DNA from: Candidatus Sumerlaeota bacterium
Lineage (GTDB): Bacteria; Sumerlaeota; Sumerlaeia; MWCT01; JAUWMI01
NCBI GenBank assembly: GCA_030613245.1
Contig: JAUWMI010000003.1
Span: 65,062-129,061 of the forward strand
Direction: 5' to 3'
Length of the DNA stretch: 64,000 nucleotides
Shown in pieces: positions 27,656 to 37,850 of the stretch. The translations under genes and the position numbers were made by a program. Below the pieces are notes generated by a model, which saw only the letters and a list, made by a program, of their open reading frames with translations, did no database searches and was not told where the DNA came from. Position 1 is the stretch's first letter. Each line of letters opens with the position of its first letter.

Positions 27656-29761
27656 CTACATGATGGGAAGGTTGCTGTTTTTGATTATCACTGTATCAAG
27701 GAAAAGGCTTCCAGTCTCTGCATCGATGCCGCCAAAGTTGAGCAGGTCGAATGAGAACTTCATCCCGGGATTTGGGCCGGTGATTGCACTTTCCGGCGGG
27801 ATGAAGTAGAGGGAATATGTCATGCCGGCAGGCGTCGGCGACGATTCAGCGTTGTCAGCGCTGTTAATCACCAGTCCGCAGGACTGCTGGAGATTATTCG
27901 TATTCATGCGCAGTCGGATGACCGGCACGAGCGCCTTGGGGGTAATGTCCGTCCACACGGTAAAGTCAACACGATAGATTTTGCCAGATTCCACCAGGAT
28001 CAGCGGACTGAGCCAGAAGCCGAAGTTGTTCTCATTAGAAGTGATGGCAATCTCAAGACTGCCAGTCGTGAATCGGCCTTCTGGTGAGGAGAACGTAGGC
28101 TCGGCGGCGCCGAAACTCCAGCCTTCGTCGGTCTCGTCAAAGGTAAAACTCTCTACGGGGGAGAAAGAGGGGATGTCGCTGAGGCTCCGCTTCTCGATAA
28201 TTATGTTATCGAGACTCAGAGTACCATAGGAGGCGTTAGCGGGATCAAAATTGAGCATATCAAACGCAATATAAAGGTCCGTTGGCACACTGGTAGGAGG
28301 GAACAGGTACATTTGGTAGGATGTCCCTAAAGGGGTAGGGGAGCAATCGGCAGTGTTTGCGCTTTCAATGAGAAAGATGCTGGCGGTTTGGTTATTTATT
28401 TCACCAAGGCGCAAGCGCAGCGTGGGAACCATAGCGGGAGTGAACAGATTGGTCTTAACGAGGCAAGTAGCCTGATACAGCGAATCGGTTGTTTTAGCAA
28501 AAGCATGTTCGGGGCTTTGCCAGAAGCCAAAAGTGTCAGTGTTTGTATTAGATATGAGCAGAATCTGGCCTCCAAAGGCATCAACGCCTGGCATCGAGAA
28601 GACGCCGGGCACGCCGCCAGTGGCCCAGCCTTCGCGGCCAGCATCAAACCCCGCACCATATACGCGGCTCTCGTTATAATACAGAGCCTTGAGCGAGCCA
28701 CTAAATGTGCCAAATTCTCCTCCACCCGTGGTTTCGCTGAACTCTCCCGTGAGCGAACCGTAGAGGAAAAGTCCCTTAAACGTACCAGTAGCCTCGGTTG
28801 AAAAGAGCAGGGCATCCATCTGGCGAGTGGATGAGGAGGTGCCTGGTCTTACGTTGCCCAGCACTACTCCTCGCATAGTTCCCTGCTCGGCATAGTCTGA
28901 CATGAAAAACTTTCCTGCGGTGAAGCCTCTGTCTTTCTGTGACGATGTGGGGTCAATAACAACGAAGGAACAGAGCTCAACTTCAAAGCGACCGGGCATA
29001 ACACCCAGGTCGCCGCCTGTGATTGTGCCGCTGTGAGACATGTTGACTTCCAGGGTTACGTTCGGAAACTCTGTGGTGGTGAGAGGGAAATCCGCGCTTC
29101 CATCAGGCGGGACAAACTGCACCATGTTCGTTCCGTTTTGTATTTCGAAGTCACTTGCCCGCGGCGCAGTAACCTGGCCAGTCTGTACAGCATACTCGGC
29201 GCTTGTGACAATATCGTCATAGAAAGAGCCGTTGAGCACGCCGGAAAAACTTGCCGAGCCTAACGACGAATATTCTCCATCCAGTCTGGCCACGAGCGTT
29301 TGACTTGTCAGGGCACCCGTTGCCCAATCCGGATCGCCCACCAACCATCCCTGAATTTGCGTATGGTTGTGCACATCAGCCACGAATAAACCCGAGACCT
29401 CTTCGTTAGTGTCGCCGTCATAGCTGAACGTTCCAACCGTAAATCCACGGCCTGAGAGATTGTTCATCGCGGTATCAATGACCAAAAAGGAGTAGCGCAC
29501 CAGAAACGCGCCTGGATGTGTGCCTGATGCTGCCAGACTGAGTGTATAGCCGGCGCTGACCATCGCGCTGTCATCACTGATCTCCAGCGTGAGATTCTCC
29601 CTCGTAAACTGGGCAACCGTGTCGTTGAGATTGAGCGATAGAAATGAGGTACTGCCCGGTGTTGCGGTGCCGCTCACCTGATTCGCGATTGGCGTATTAT
29701 CTGCGTGCGCCGCAGAGAGGCACAGCGCGCATAAAAACAGAGCAATCGAGCGGAGTTTCAT
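27656..29761 (-). CDS. secreted protein: Ser/Thr/Gly-rich beta N-terminal region + two C-terminal domains B
   Basis: RBS aaggag and a signal peptide. The C-terminal ~330 aa align with the C-terminus of 3631-5457 (GW..GG.P.VF, NTN..FGFW, P..RLR, FD.LNF). Confidence 0.85.
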   Translation of the reverse strand: MKLRSIALFLCALCLSAAHADNTPIANQVSGTATPGSTSFLSLNLNDTVAQFTRENLTLEISDDSAMVSAGYTLSLAASGTHPGAFLVRYSFLVIDTAMNNLSGRGFTVGTFSYDGDTNEEVSGLFVADVHNHTQIQGWLVGDPDWATGALTSQTLVARLDGEYSSLGSASFSGVLNGSFYDDIVTSAEYAVQTGQVTAPRASDFEIQNGTNMVQFVPPDGSADFPLTTTEFPNVTLEVNMSHSGTITGGDLGVMPGRFEVELCSFVVIDPTSSQKDRGFTAGKFFMSDYAEQGTMRGVVLGNVRPGTSSSTRQMDALLFSTEATGTFKGLFLYGSLTGEFSETTGGGEFGTFSGSLKALYYNESRVYGAGFDAGREGWATGGVPGVFSMPGVDAFGGQILLISNTNTDTFGFWQSPEHAFAKTTDSLYQATCLVKTNLFTPAMVPTLRLRLGEINNQTASIFLIESANTADCSPTPLGTSYQMYLFPPTSVPTDLYIAFDMLNFDPANASYGTLSLDNIIIEKRSLSDIPSFSPVESFTFDETDEGWSFGAAEPTFSSPEGRFTTGSLEIAITSNENNFGFWLSPLILVESGKIYRVDFTVWTDITPKALVPVIRLRMNTNNLQQSCGLVINSADNAESSPTPAGMTYSLYFIPPESAITGPNPGMKFSFDLLNFGGIDAETGSLFLDTVIIKNSNLPIM

Positions 29762-29854
29762 CAGCTTCTCCTTCACAATAAGTTCAAGCAGACAGTAGAC
29801 GGTAGAGAGTAAATAGGGAAACCTGCGAAGATTGAGATATTCCTATAGTCTGCT

Positions 29855-30667
29855 TCAAGATTCTCCTTTGCTGTCTGAATACGGATAGGAGATGCGTTTG
29901 ATTGACGTGGCCCGGCCGCTCAGGGGGTCAATCTCAATAAGAACTGCGCAGAGGCGCACGTCGCCCGAAGCCACCACGTGACGTACTGGCAGCTGATTTT
30001 GCATCCCCTCAATGATAGGCTCTTTTTTTACTCCGATAACTGAGTCGAAAGGGCCGGTCATGCCGATATCCGTAATATAGGCAGTTCCCTGGGGCAAAAT
30101 GTGCTCGTCCGCGGTTGGAATGTGGGTGTGCGTGCCGAGGACTGCCGAGACATCGCCATCGAAAAACCACCCGAGAGCATTCTTCTCCGAGGTTGCCTCA
30201 GCATGAAAGTCAACCATGATAATGGAGGTCTTATGGCGGAGGCGTTCTACTTCGTGTCGGCCCACCCGAAACGGACAGTCGTAATTCCCCATGAACACAC
30301 GTCCAACCAGGTTCAGCACGCCGATCTGAAAACCGTCGTCCACTGTATATACGGCAGCCCCTCGCCCAGGAACTCCTACGCCCGCAGGATAGTTCGCCGG
30401 ACGCAGAAGCCGCTCGTCAGTATCAATGATTTTCAGTACCTCTTTGTTTGCCCAGATGTGATTGCCGCTTGTGATGACGTCAATGCCGTAGCTGTAGAGT
30501 TCTGCTGCAACCTCGGGCGTCATACCCACGCCCCCGGCTGCATTCTCGCCGTTGGTGATGACAAAGTCGAACTCGCCAGCGGCTTTTCGCGCGGGAAGGT
30601 ACTGCTTAACGGCACGGCGGCCAGGCCGGCCGATGATCTCGCCAATCATGAGCACTTTCACTGTCAC
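29855..30667 (-). CDS. ymdB: YmdB/TIGR00282 metallophosphoesterase
   Basis: NGENAAGG, SGNH, RPANYP, VDFHAEATSEK, GTHTH, TDIGMTGP. Confidence 0.93.
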   Translation of the reverse strand: MTVKVLMIGEIIGRPGRRAVKQYLPARKAAGEFDFVITNGENAAGGVGMTPEVAAELYSYGIDVITSGNHIWANKEVLKIIDTDERLLRPANYPAGVGVPGRGAAVYTVDDGFQIGVLNLVGRVFMGNYDCPFRVGRHEVERLRHKTSIIMVDFHAEATSEKNALGWFFDGDVSAVLGTHTHIPTADEHILPQGTAYITDIGMTGPFDSVIGVKKEPIIEGMQNQLPVRHVVASGDVRLCAVLIEIDPLSGRATSIKRISYPYSDSKGES

Positions 30668-30821
30668 GTCCTTTCCAGCAGCGGACGATACCAGATATCC
30701 GCTGAAGAGCTGGCCTGCGCAGTCTTGATGCCAGTTTCAATCCAGCTGTGCGGCTGAAGCCTTGCCGGCCGGGAGCGCCACACTCGTGCGCTGGTCATGT
30801 TCCAGAGTTGAGGCATGTGCC

Positions 30822-31460
30822 TCATTTCCGTGTTTTGCGCTTGCGCTGATGCCGAGTTGTCTCTTCCTCCTTCTTGCCTTCCGCTTCCTCGAGGCTCTTT
30901 TCTATTCTCCCAAATTTTAATATCCCGGTCTGAAGACCCAATGAGGTAAGAAATATAGGCAAAAAGAGGAGCTGAATATGATAATAGTCCCAGCTCGACA
31001 GAATGAACAAAGTTCCCACCAATGCTGTAATCGTAATGATAGCATAGCGGCTCAGGCGAGCAACAATAATTGCGGTCAACAAGCCGCACGCTGCTTGCAG
31101 CAACACTCGTGCGCCCAGTGACTCAAACGTCGCCACATGCTGTTGCACAAGATAACGCGTAAGGAATCCACCACCCAATACACCCAGACATGCGCCGATA
31201 AAGAAGAAAAAGATTACATGCAGTCGCTTGAACAGGAAAATGCCGAGTAGCATGCCAATGATTGCCCCGCCCAGAATCACCCAGACAGCGTATTGTTCCA
31301 CTGAAAAGATTAAAGCAAGACCTAAACCGCCTGACGCACCGAAAAGTAGGCCGATGACCACACCCGAGAGCTTTACGCCAGCCCAGTAAAGCGTCCAACC
31401 AAAACAACAGAGGGCAAGCCCGATTATTAAAGGTAACGGCTGCGGGAGACTTAGCGGCAT
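30822..31460 (-). CDS. small multi-TM membrane protein (DUF4203-like)
   Basis: Gly-rich TM helices, IGLALCCFGW start pattern, basic tail. Confidence 0.65.
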   Translation of the reverse strand: MPLSLPQPLPLIIGLALCCFGWTLYWAGVKLSGVVIGLLFGASGGLGLALIFSVEQYAVWVILGGAIIGMLLGIFLFKRLHVIFFFFIGACLGVLGGGFLTRYLVQQHVATFESLGARVLLQAACGLLTAIIVARLSRYAIITITALVGTLFILSSWDYYHIQLLFLPIFLTSLGLQTGILKFGRIEKSLEEAEGKKEEETTRHQRKRKTRK

Positions 31461-31821
31461 TCTCGTGCACAGTATCTAGGCAGTTCAGCTACGAATCCTC
31501 AGGTCAACAGGAATTTCTGTTGAATTCCAATACGGGTTATTAGATAAAGGAACTGCTCATCAAAGTCTACAATAATTTTTTCCGAGTGCGCCCAAAGGTT
31601 ATGACTTGGACATGTTGTGAGCGGTTGGCTTCCTGTCTTCAAAGGGGGCACTGTCATCAAAGAATATGCCCGGCTGAATACGGTGGGAACATAAGTCTTT
31701 GTTCAAACGGGCGAGTTAATTGATCAATCACTCTCTTCTGAGAGCAATGTTTGAGAGATTTGCGTCCTCTCTGTGATCTGGCGCCACAGGAATTTATCGA
31801 AAACTTTAAGGTGGGTTTAAA

Positions 31822-32265
31822 ATGGGTGAGAAGGAGAATTTGGTTAGTAGGCGTAGTTTTCTTGCGTGGCTATCGGCGGGCGCTTTTTCCTTGATGAGCG
31901 GCTTTGCAGCCTTTATTGGCTTAGGTTTTCTCTACCCTGTGAAAAGGCAAAAGCCCCCGGCATTGTTTGTCTGCCTCGAGTCGGAGGTGCCACTGGTTGG
32001 AGAGGCGCTTGAGATTAGGGATCTGAAAGGGCGCAAGGTTTTCCTTATGCGCAAGGCCGATGGGGAACTGATAACAATAGGAACGGTCTGCTCCCACCTT
32101 GGCTGCACGGTGTTCTATCGTCCGAAAAAGAAAAGGTTCGAGTGTCCTTGCCATGATGGTGTCTTCGATGGAGAAGGTAATCCGGTATCTGGACCTCCGA
32201 GTAGACCTCTTGAGCGTTATCCGACGGAGGTACGCGAAGGCAAGGTATTTGTTCATTTTGCATAG
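31822..32265 (+). CDS. Rieske 2Fe-2S subunit of a Rieske/cytochrome b complex
   Basis: Tat motif SRRSFL + TM; CSHLGC and CPCHDG boxes; GPPSRPL. Confidence 0.93.
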   Translation: MGEKENLVSRRSFLAWLSAGAFSLMSGFAAFIGLGFLYPVKRQKPPALFVCLESEVPLVGEALEIRDLKGRKVFLMRKADGELITIGTVCSHLGCTVFYRPKKKRFECPCHDGVFDGEGNPVSGPPSRPLERYPTEVREGKVFVHFA

Positions 32266-32274
32266 GGGTAAATA

Positions 32275-33354
32275 GTGGAGAAACAAGACCGCGAGCGTTG
32301 GGTAAGGGCTTTCCCGATTGACATCAAGAGTCTTTATGAGAAAGCGGACGAGTCGCTGCCGCATTCTGCCAAAAAGTGGTGGTGGTGCTGGGGCGGCATT
32401 GTAGGGCTGCTTTTTGTATTGCAGGTGGTGACAGGTCTTCTATTTGGTATGTATTATCGTGACGAACCAGAGACCGCATATCAATAGTTGGCCTTTATAA
32501 CCGAGCATGAGCGCTATGGGCAGTTTCTGCGATCTGTCCACCAATGGGGCGCGACGTTCATGATCGTCTTTTTGCTCCTGCACATGCTCAGGGTGTTTGT
32601 GACAGGAGCATATCGTGCATATCGCTGGGGAGCTTGGATCGCTGGCGCGTGCCTCCTGGGACTGACGCTCGGTATGGGCTTTACTGGGTATTCCCTTGTT
32701 TACGAGCAGATCAGCTACTGGGCGATCACCGTCACATCCAATATAATTACAAGTGTGCCGCTTGTTGGCGGAATGCTCAAACACCTTTTTCTCGCAGGAG
32801 ATGAGATAAACACTGCCACACTAAGTCGCTTGTACGCTTTGCACGTGCAGATCCTTCCCGCGGGTATAGCTTGTCTTGGGATTATCCACTTATTTTTTGT
32901 GCGGCTTTTGGGGATGTACATGCCGGGGAATCAGAAGGACCGGGATGAGGAAAAAAATATCACCGCTCGCGAGGGAGTCTATCATTTCTTCCCTGACCAT
33001 GCTCTAAGTGAGATTGCAGTGTTCCTTTACTTGGTCCTGGCAATCTGCCTATTGTCGCTGTTGTTTCCCGCTAAGATGGGATCGCCAGCGGATCCGCTCA
33101 TCACCCCGGAGCACATCAAACCAGAGTGGTACTTTTACCCGTTCTTTCGCTTGTTAAAACTTGTCCCCGGAACTGCGGGAGTGATTATAATGGGGTTGAT
33201 CGCTGTGGCTTTCGTTTTATGGCCGATTTTGGATCAGTACGTGTTCCAGAAAGTTGATAAGGTATTCAAGGGACGGATGGAGGTAAGTCTGTTAGTAGGA
33301 TTTCTTGTTATACTTGTGTATCTCTGGTGGGCTGTGGTTGAAGCAATAGGTTAA
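32275..33354 (+). CDS. cytochrome b (b6 + subunit IV fused) interrupted by an in-frame TAG at 32485-32487
   Basis: The two track ORFs are contiguous and in frame. WCWGG (heme ci-type Cys), four His ligands (SVHQW, LLHML, ALHVQ, IIHLF) and IKPEWYF. Confidence 0.9.
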
Positions 33355-33471
33355 GAAGGCAAAAGAAGGAAGTGGATAATTTGATATTTCAAAATCAAGA
33401 AGTTGGAATTGCATTGCTGACTGTTGATTGCTAAAGAACATAACCCACAAATTCTTTTCGGGGAGGAAAGG

Positions 33472-35076
33472 ATGAGTCTGAAAGCTAAAGAGATTATCAT
33501 TGCGGCTTTATCGATTGCGATCGTGGCTGTTCTCGCATTTGTGGTCTTTACTGAGAAGGCACACGTACTTAAGGAGCGGAAGATTGTGGTGAAGCCAGAC
33601 TCGGCCGGATGCGTAAGGTGTCACGGCTATAAAGACGAAAAGGGACTGCCCGGAAGGGATCCAGGAATCGTTAAGCATTGGGAGGCAAGTATGCATGCTG
33701 AGCAGGGGGTAGGGTGTTTTGATTGTCACGGTGTACCTCCTGCCGGAGGCGGAGAGGATATCTTAAACCCGCGTTACGTCGTACAAACTTCGTGGGACAA
33801 GGAAAGTGGTCTTAAGGCGGTTCAGCTGGTCGTAAAGAACGGTAAGCCTGTTGAACGACCTGATATCTGGAAACACGAAGGTGCACAAATTGTAGCGGAC
33901 GTGTCTCCGCGCACCTGTGCGCGCTGCCACGAGAAGGAAGCGGAACAATTCTTTAATTCGCGGCATTCCTCGGCGGCGCAGTTCATAGGATCCATAGACA
34001 ATTTTCTTGGACGTTTTGCCGAAGGTCCTGCTGCGGCAAATACCGGCTGCCAGCAATGCCACGGCGGCGTGACACGCTTGGTTTCTATGGATTTTAAGGA
34101 AGGCGCGACACCGCTTTATGCCCCCGATACATGGCCTAATACCGGTGTGGGACGCGTAAATCTTGATGGTTCATGGGGTTCGTGCAGCGCATGTCACTCG
34201 CGCCATGAGTTCTCTTCCGAAGTAGCCAGACGGCCTGAAAACTGTGGGAAATGTCATATGGGTCCAGATCATCCCCAGTTTGAAATATACAACGAGTCAA
34301 AACATGGCATAGCATTCAGGAAGAATGAACGATTGATGAACCTGGATCTGCCAGGAGGCGAGTGGGTTTTAGGAAGGGATTACTCGCAAGCTCCGACTTG
34401 CTCGACCTGCCACATGGGGCCAGTTGCTCAGCACGGGAACTATTCGGGACTCAGCCTGACCCACGATGTAGGTGCACGCATCTCATGGACACTTCGTCCC
34501 GTCATTTCGTTTCAGCCAAAGGCGATCATTGCCCCGGATGGCACGGTTATTCTTAAAGATCCGAAGGATCGCAGAGCTGAAATGAAGCAGGTGTGCCTGA
34601 ACTGTCATTCAGACAATTGGGTGAATAACTTCTACGTTCAGTTTGACCAGGCGGTTGAACTTTACAATGAAAAATACGCCAAGCCTGCATCTGCCATCTA
34701 CAAATATCTCCAAGAGGAAGGCATGGTAGATGCTGTTCCTATGAATGAGGAAATAGAATATGTCTTTTTCGAGCTCTGGCATCATGAGGGACGCAGGGCG
34801 CGCCACGGAGCAAGTATGATGGGCCCTGATTTCGTGCAGTGGCACGGCTTTTATGAACTCAGTAGAAACCTCTATACACATTTTTTGCCTCTGGCAAAAG
34901 AGCTTGCTGAAAAAGCCGGCAAAGGGGAGAAGATGGAGAAATTCATCCAGGAGATGCTTCGCGGGCCGGAGGGCAAGGACTGGGAAAAATACCATCGCTG
35001 GACCGAGGGTTTGACTACCGAAGAGATGCAGGGGATGCTGGAATGGGAACGAAAAATGTATGAGATTCGGAAATAG
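33472..35076 (+). CDS. membrane-anchored octaheme cytochrome c, hydroxylamine oxidoreductase (HAO) family
   Basis: Eight CxxCH motifs (CVRCH, CFDCH, CARCH, CQQCH, CSACH, CGKCH, CSTCH, CLNCH). Also HSRHEF, MGPDHPQ.EIY.ESKHG, APTC and PDFVQWHG. RBS ggagg. Confidence 0.92.
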   Translation: MSLKAKEIIIAALSIAIVAVLAFVVFTEKAHVLKERKIVVKPDSAGCVRCHGYKDEKGLPGRDPGIVKHWEASMHAEQGVGCFDCHGVPPAGGGEDILNPRYVVQTSWDKESGLKAVQLVVKNGKPVERPDIWKHEGAQIVADVSPRTCARCHEKEAEQFFNSRHSSAAQFIGSIDNFLGRFAEGPAAANTGCQQCHGGVTRLVSMDFKEGATPLYAPDTWPNTGVGRVNLDGSWGSCSACHSRHEFSSEVARRPENCGKCHMGPDHPQFEIYNESKHGIAFRKNERLMNLDLPGGEWVLGRDYSQAPTCSTCHMGPVAQHGNYSGLSLTHDVGARISWTLRPVISFQPKAIIAPDGTVILKDPKDRRAEMKQVCLNCHSDNWVNNFYVQFDQAVELYNEKYAKPASAIYKYLQEEGMVDAVPMNEEIEYVFFELWHHEGRRARHGASMMGPDFVQWHGFYELSRNLYTHFLPLAKELAEKAGKGEKMEKFIQEMLRGPEGKDWEKYHRWTEGLTTEEMQGMLEWERKMYEIRK

Positions 35077-35130
35077 TCGTCGCTTGCAGTATGATAGCGT
35101 GTCTTCATTCTACAGATAGGAGGAGAGGAT

Positions 35131-36780
35131 ATGAACATGTTTTGCTACCAATGTGAACAGACAATGAAGGGAACAGGATGCACTGTGCGCGGGGTATGTG
35201 GAAAAGACGCTGAAACCGCAACGTTGCAAGATCTGCTGGTGTACGCGACAAAAGGTATCTCTATGTACGCACACAGGGCCAGGCAATTGGGTGTAAAGGA
35301 CCGCGAGGTTGACGTCTTTACCGTAGAGGCATTGTTTTCCACGGTCACCAATGTCAATTTCGATCCAGAGCGCTTACGTGACCTGCTTAATAAGGCGGCT
35401 GAGCTGCGGGGCAAGGCGCAGAACCTCTATGAGGAGGCATGCCGAAAAACCGGCGGTACACTCGTGACGCTTACAGGCCCAGCGGCCTGGATGCCGGCCA
35501 GCGATCTCGATGGTCTCATCAGGCAGGGCGAAGAGGTCAGCATCCAGAAGCGCAAGGAGAAGCAGGGCGACGATATCACTGGTCTCCAGGAGCTTATCGT
35601 CTACGGTCTCAAAGGAGCGGCTTCTTACGCCGACCACGCCCAGATACTTGGAAAAGAAGACGAAAGTGTATACGCGCTTTTCCACAAGACGCTGGACTTT
35701 CTCACGAAAGATAGCCCGAGCATTGATGAACTTCTCGCCACAGCTCTCAAGGTTGGCGAGCTCAATCTCAAGGTGATGGAACTGCTGGATGCAGTCCATA
35801 CCGGCACCTACGGGAATCCGATACCTACTCGGGTGCGTATAGAGCCGGTTAAGGGGAAGGCGATTGTCGTGTCTGGTCACGACCTTAAGGATCTCGAGGA
35901 GTTGCTCAAGCAGACCGAGGGCAAAGGAATCAATATCTATACTCACGGCGAGATGCTACCTGCGCACGGATATCCAGAGTTAAAGAAATACAAGCATCTT
36001 GTGGGCAACTACGGCGGCGCCTGGCAAGATCAGCAAAAGGAATTCGCCGAGTTCCCAGGGCCTATCCTGATGACCACCAATTGCATTCAGAAGCCGCGAG
36101 AGAGCTATAAGGAGAGAATATTCACGTGCGGACTCGTTGCATGGCCCGGGGTAGTTCACATCGGCAACCGCGACTTTAGGCCGCTAATCGAGGCTGCGCT
36201 GGCGGCCGAGGGATTTAAGGAGGACGGTCCGGAAAAGACCATCATGGTCGGCTTTGCTCATGATGCAGTCCTGGGTGTGGCCGACAAGGTCGTCGAGGCG
36301 GTCAAGAGCGGTGCCATCAGGCACTTTTTTCTCATCGGCGGCTGCGATGGGGCCAAGCCAGGGCGCAATTATTATACCGAGTTTGCCCAGGCAGTCCCGG
36401 AGGACTGCATCATCCTGACGCTGGCCTGCGGCAAGTATCGCTTCAACAAATTGGAGTTCGGGGATATCGGCGGCATTCCGCGTTTGCTCGACGTAGGTCA
36501 GTGCAACGATGCCTATTCGGCCGTTCAGATTGCTCTTGGGTTGGCGAAGGCGTTTAACACTGACGTGAATGGTCTGCCGCTTTCTTTCGTGATTTCCTGG
36601 TACGAGCAAAAGGCAGTCAGCATTCTGCTCACATTGCTGCATCTGGGCATCAGGGACATCCTCCTCGGGCCAAGCCTGCCCGCGTTCGTTACTCCGCCAG
36701 TGCTCAAGGTTCTGGTCGAGAAGTTCAACATTATGCCAATCTCAACAGTGCAGAAGGACCTGGGCGCGATTCTGGGTTGA
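35131..36780 (+). CDS. hcp: hybrid cluster protein (class I)
   Basis: MFCYQCEQT..GC..RGVCGK (Cx2Cx8Cx5C), SGHDL, YTHGEMLPAHGYP, GGCDG, GQCNDAYS, SWYEQKAV. Confidence 0.97.
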   Translation: MNMFCYQCEQTMKGTGCTVRGVCGKDAETATLQDLLVYATKGISMYAHRARQLGVKDREVDVFTVEALFSTVTNVNFDPERLRDLLNKAAELRGKAQNLYEEACRKTGGTLVTLTGPAAWMPASDLDGLIRQGEEVSIQKRKEKQGDDITGLQELIVYGLKGAASYADHAQILGKEDESVYALFHKTLDFLTKDSPSIDELLATALKVGELNLKVMELLDAVHTGTYGNPIPTRVRIEPVKGKAIVVSGHDLKDLEELLKQTEGKGINIYTHGEMLPAHGYPELKKYKHLVGNYGGAWQDQQKEFAEFPGPILMTTNCIQKPRESYKERIFTCGLVAWPGVVHIGNRDFRPLIEAALAAEGFKEDGPEKTIMVGFAHDAVLGVADKVVEAVKSGAIRHFFLIGGCDGAKPGRNYYTEFAQAVPEDCIILTLACGKYRFNKLEFGDIGGIPRLLDVGQCNDAYSAVQIALGLAKAFNTDVNGLPLSFVISWYEQKAVSILLTLLHLGIRDILLGPSLPAFVTPPVLKVLVEKFNIMPISTVQKDLGAILG

Positions 36781-36933
36781 TATGCTAGATGAGGACTAGC
36801 GGGCAAACGGAGGATACGTCTTCGGGAGAAAGTTTCTATAGTGCCCCACCTGTGGGAACTACTTGCTTTAAAGCCACGGAGGCACGGAGACACAGAGTTA
36901 GGCAACAAGGAAATTTTATAATAGGAGGATGTT

Positions 36934-37752
36934 ATGAGAAAAGCCGTGTATTTGTTCATTGTTGCAGTGATGGCCATGGGGCTGAACATTCATGGGCAAA
37001 CAGTACCCTTGAAGATCAACTATCAGGGAGTCGTGCGTGAAGGAACACAGTTGCTCACAGGCAATGGCGAGTTCCGTTTTGCTATTCTGGACAATGGGAC
37101 GCCACAGATGATTCTCTGGTCGAATGATGGCTCCAAGGACGGTCTTGAGGCGAGCGTGGGAAATGTGCCGACGGATCCGGTTACCTTGGCTGTCAAGGAC
37201 GGCATCTATAGCGTAGCTCTTGGTGACACGGACGTAACCAATATGACGGAAATTTCAGCGCCGGTGTTTCGTGACAACTCGCAGACATTCCTGCGCGTTT
37301 GGTTCAACAAGCCCGGAGGTACGGCGGAACTAATGCAGCCGGATGTGCAGCTAGTCAGCGTACCCTATGCCTATAGGGCTGGTTCGGTGGATTTGGTGAT
37401 GCCGCAAAATGTGGGCAGGGGCAACACGGTCAAGTCAGTTTATTTCGACATTAATACTGGCGCGCTCAACAAGGTGATCTATACCGTGCCCACTGAGAAG
37501 ACATTCGTTGTCACGGACATTTTCATTACCTCTTCTGAAATCGGGCCTTTATGGCAATTTCGGAACAGGAATTCTACCTTGGACGTCTATCTCAAATTTA
37601 TGATTGATGCACAGACCGATGGCTTGAACAATTTTATGCTACAGTTCAAGGCCGGGATTCTTTTTGAAGGGGACGACGTGATCACGATTCGCCAGACAAA
37701 AACAGGTGATGACCGCCGGATTATCGGCGTGATCTCGGGATTTGAATTCTGA
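36934..37752 (+). CDS. secreted hypothetical protein with INYQG...SVPYA N-terminal domain
   Basis: RBS aggagg and a signal peptide. The INYQG / LWSNDG / LRVWF / SVPYA pattern resembles N-termini of surface fibre-like proteins. Confidence 0.75.
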   Translation: MRKAVYLFIVAVMAMGLNIHGQTVPLKINYQGVVREGTQLLTGNGEFRFAILDNGTPQMILWSNDGSKDGLEASVGNVPTDPVTLAVKDGIYSVALGDTDVTNMTEISAPVFRDNSQTFLRVWFNKPGGTAELMQPDVQLVSVPYAYRAGSVDLVMPQNVGRGNTVKSVYFDINTGALNKVIYTVPTEKTFVVTDIFITSSEIGPLWQFRNRNSTLDVYLKFMIDAQTDGLNNFMLQFKAGILFEGDDVITIRQTKTGDDRRIIGVISGFEF

Positions 37753-37819
37753 GTTCCGGAACCAGACAGGATTGGAAAGCGCGCATCAGGCAATACTTGA
37801 TGCAGTGAGAGGTAATCTC

Positions 37820-37850
37820 AAGCGGAGCGATTTATGCTCCGCTTTTTTTT
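37820..37850 (+). terminator. intrinsic terminator
   Basis: aagcggagc-gatttat-gctccgct followed by a T-run. Confidence 0.85.

Noticed and set aside
30668..30821. 6S RNA upstream of ymdB
   Set aside because: The neighbourhood is suggestive, but I see no long rod with a central bubble, and the usual zapA/rny context is absent.
31700..31790. FNR/CRP/HcpR site before the Rieske-Hcp operon
   Set aside because: attgatcaat lacks the 4-nt FNR spacer, and tgtga..ccaca has 7-nt rather than 6-nt spacing.
32275..33354. Genome-wide TAG reassignment
   Set aside because: Many conserved genes in the window end at TAG at the expected C-terminus; only one internal TAG was seen.
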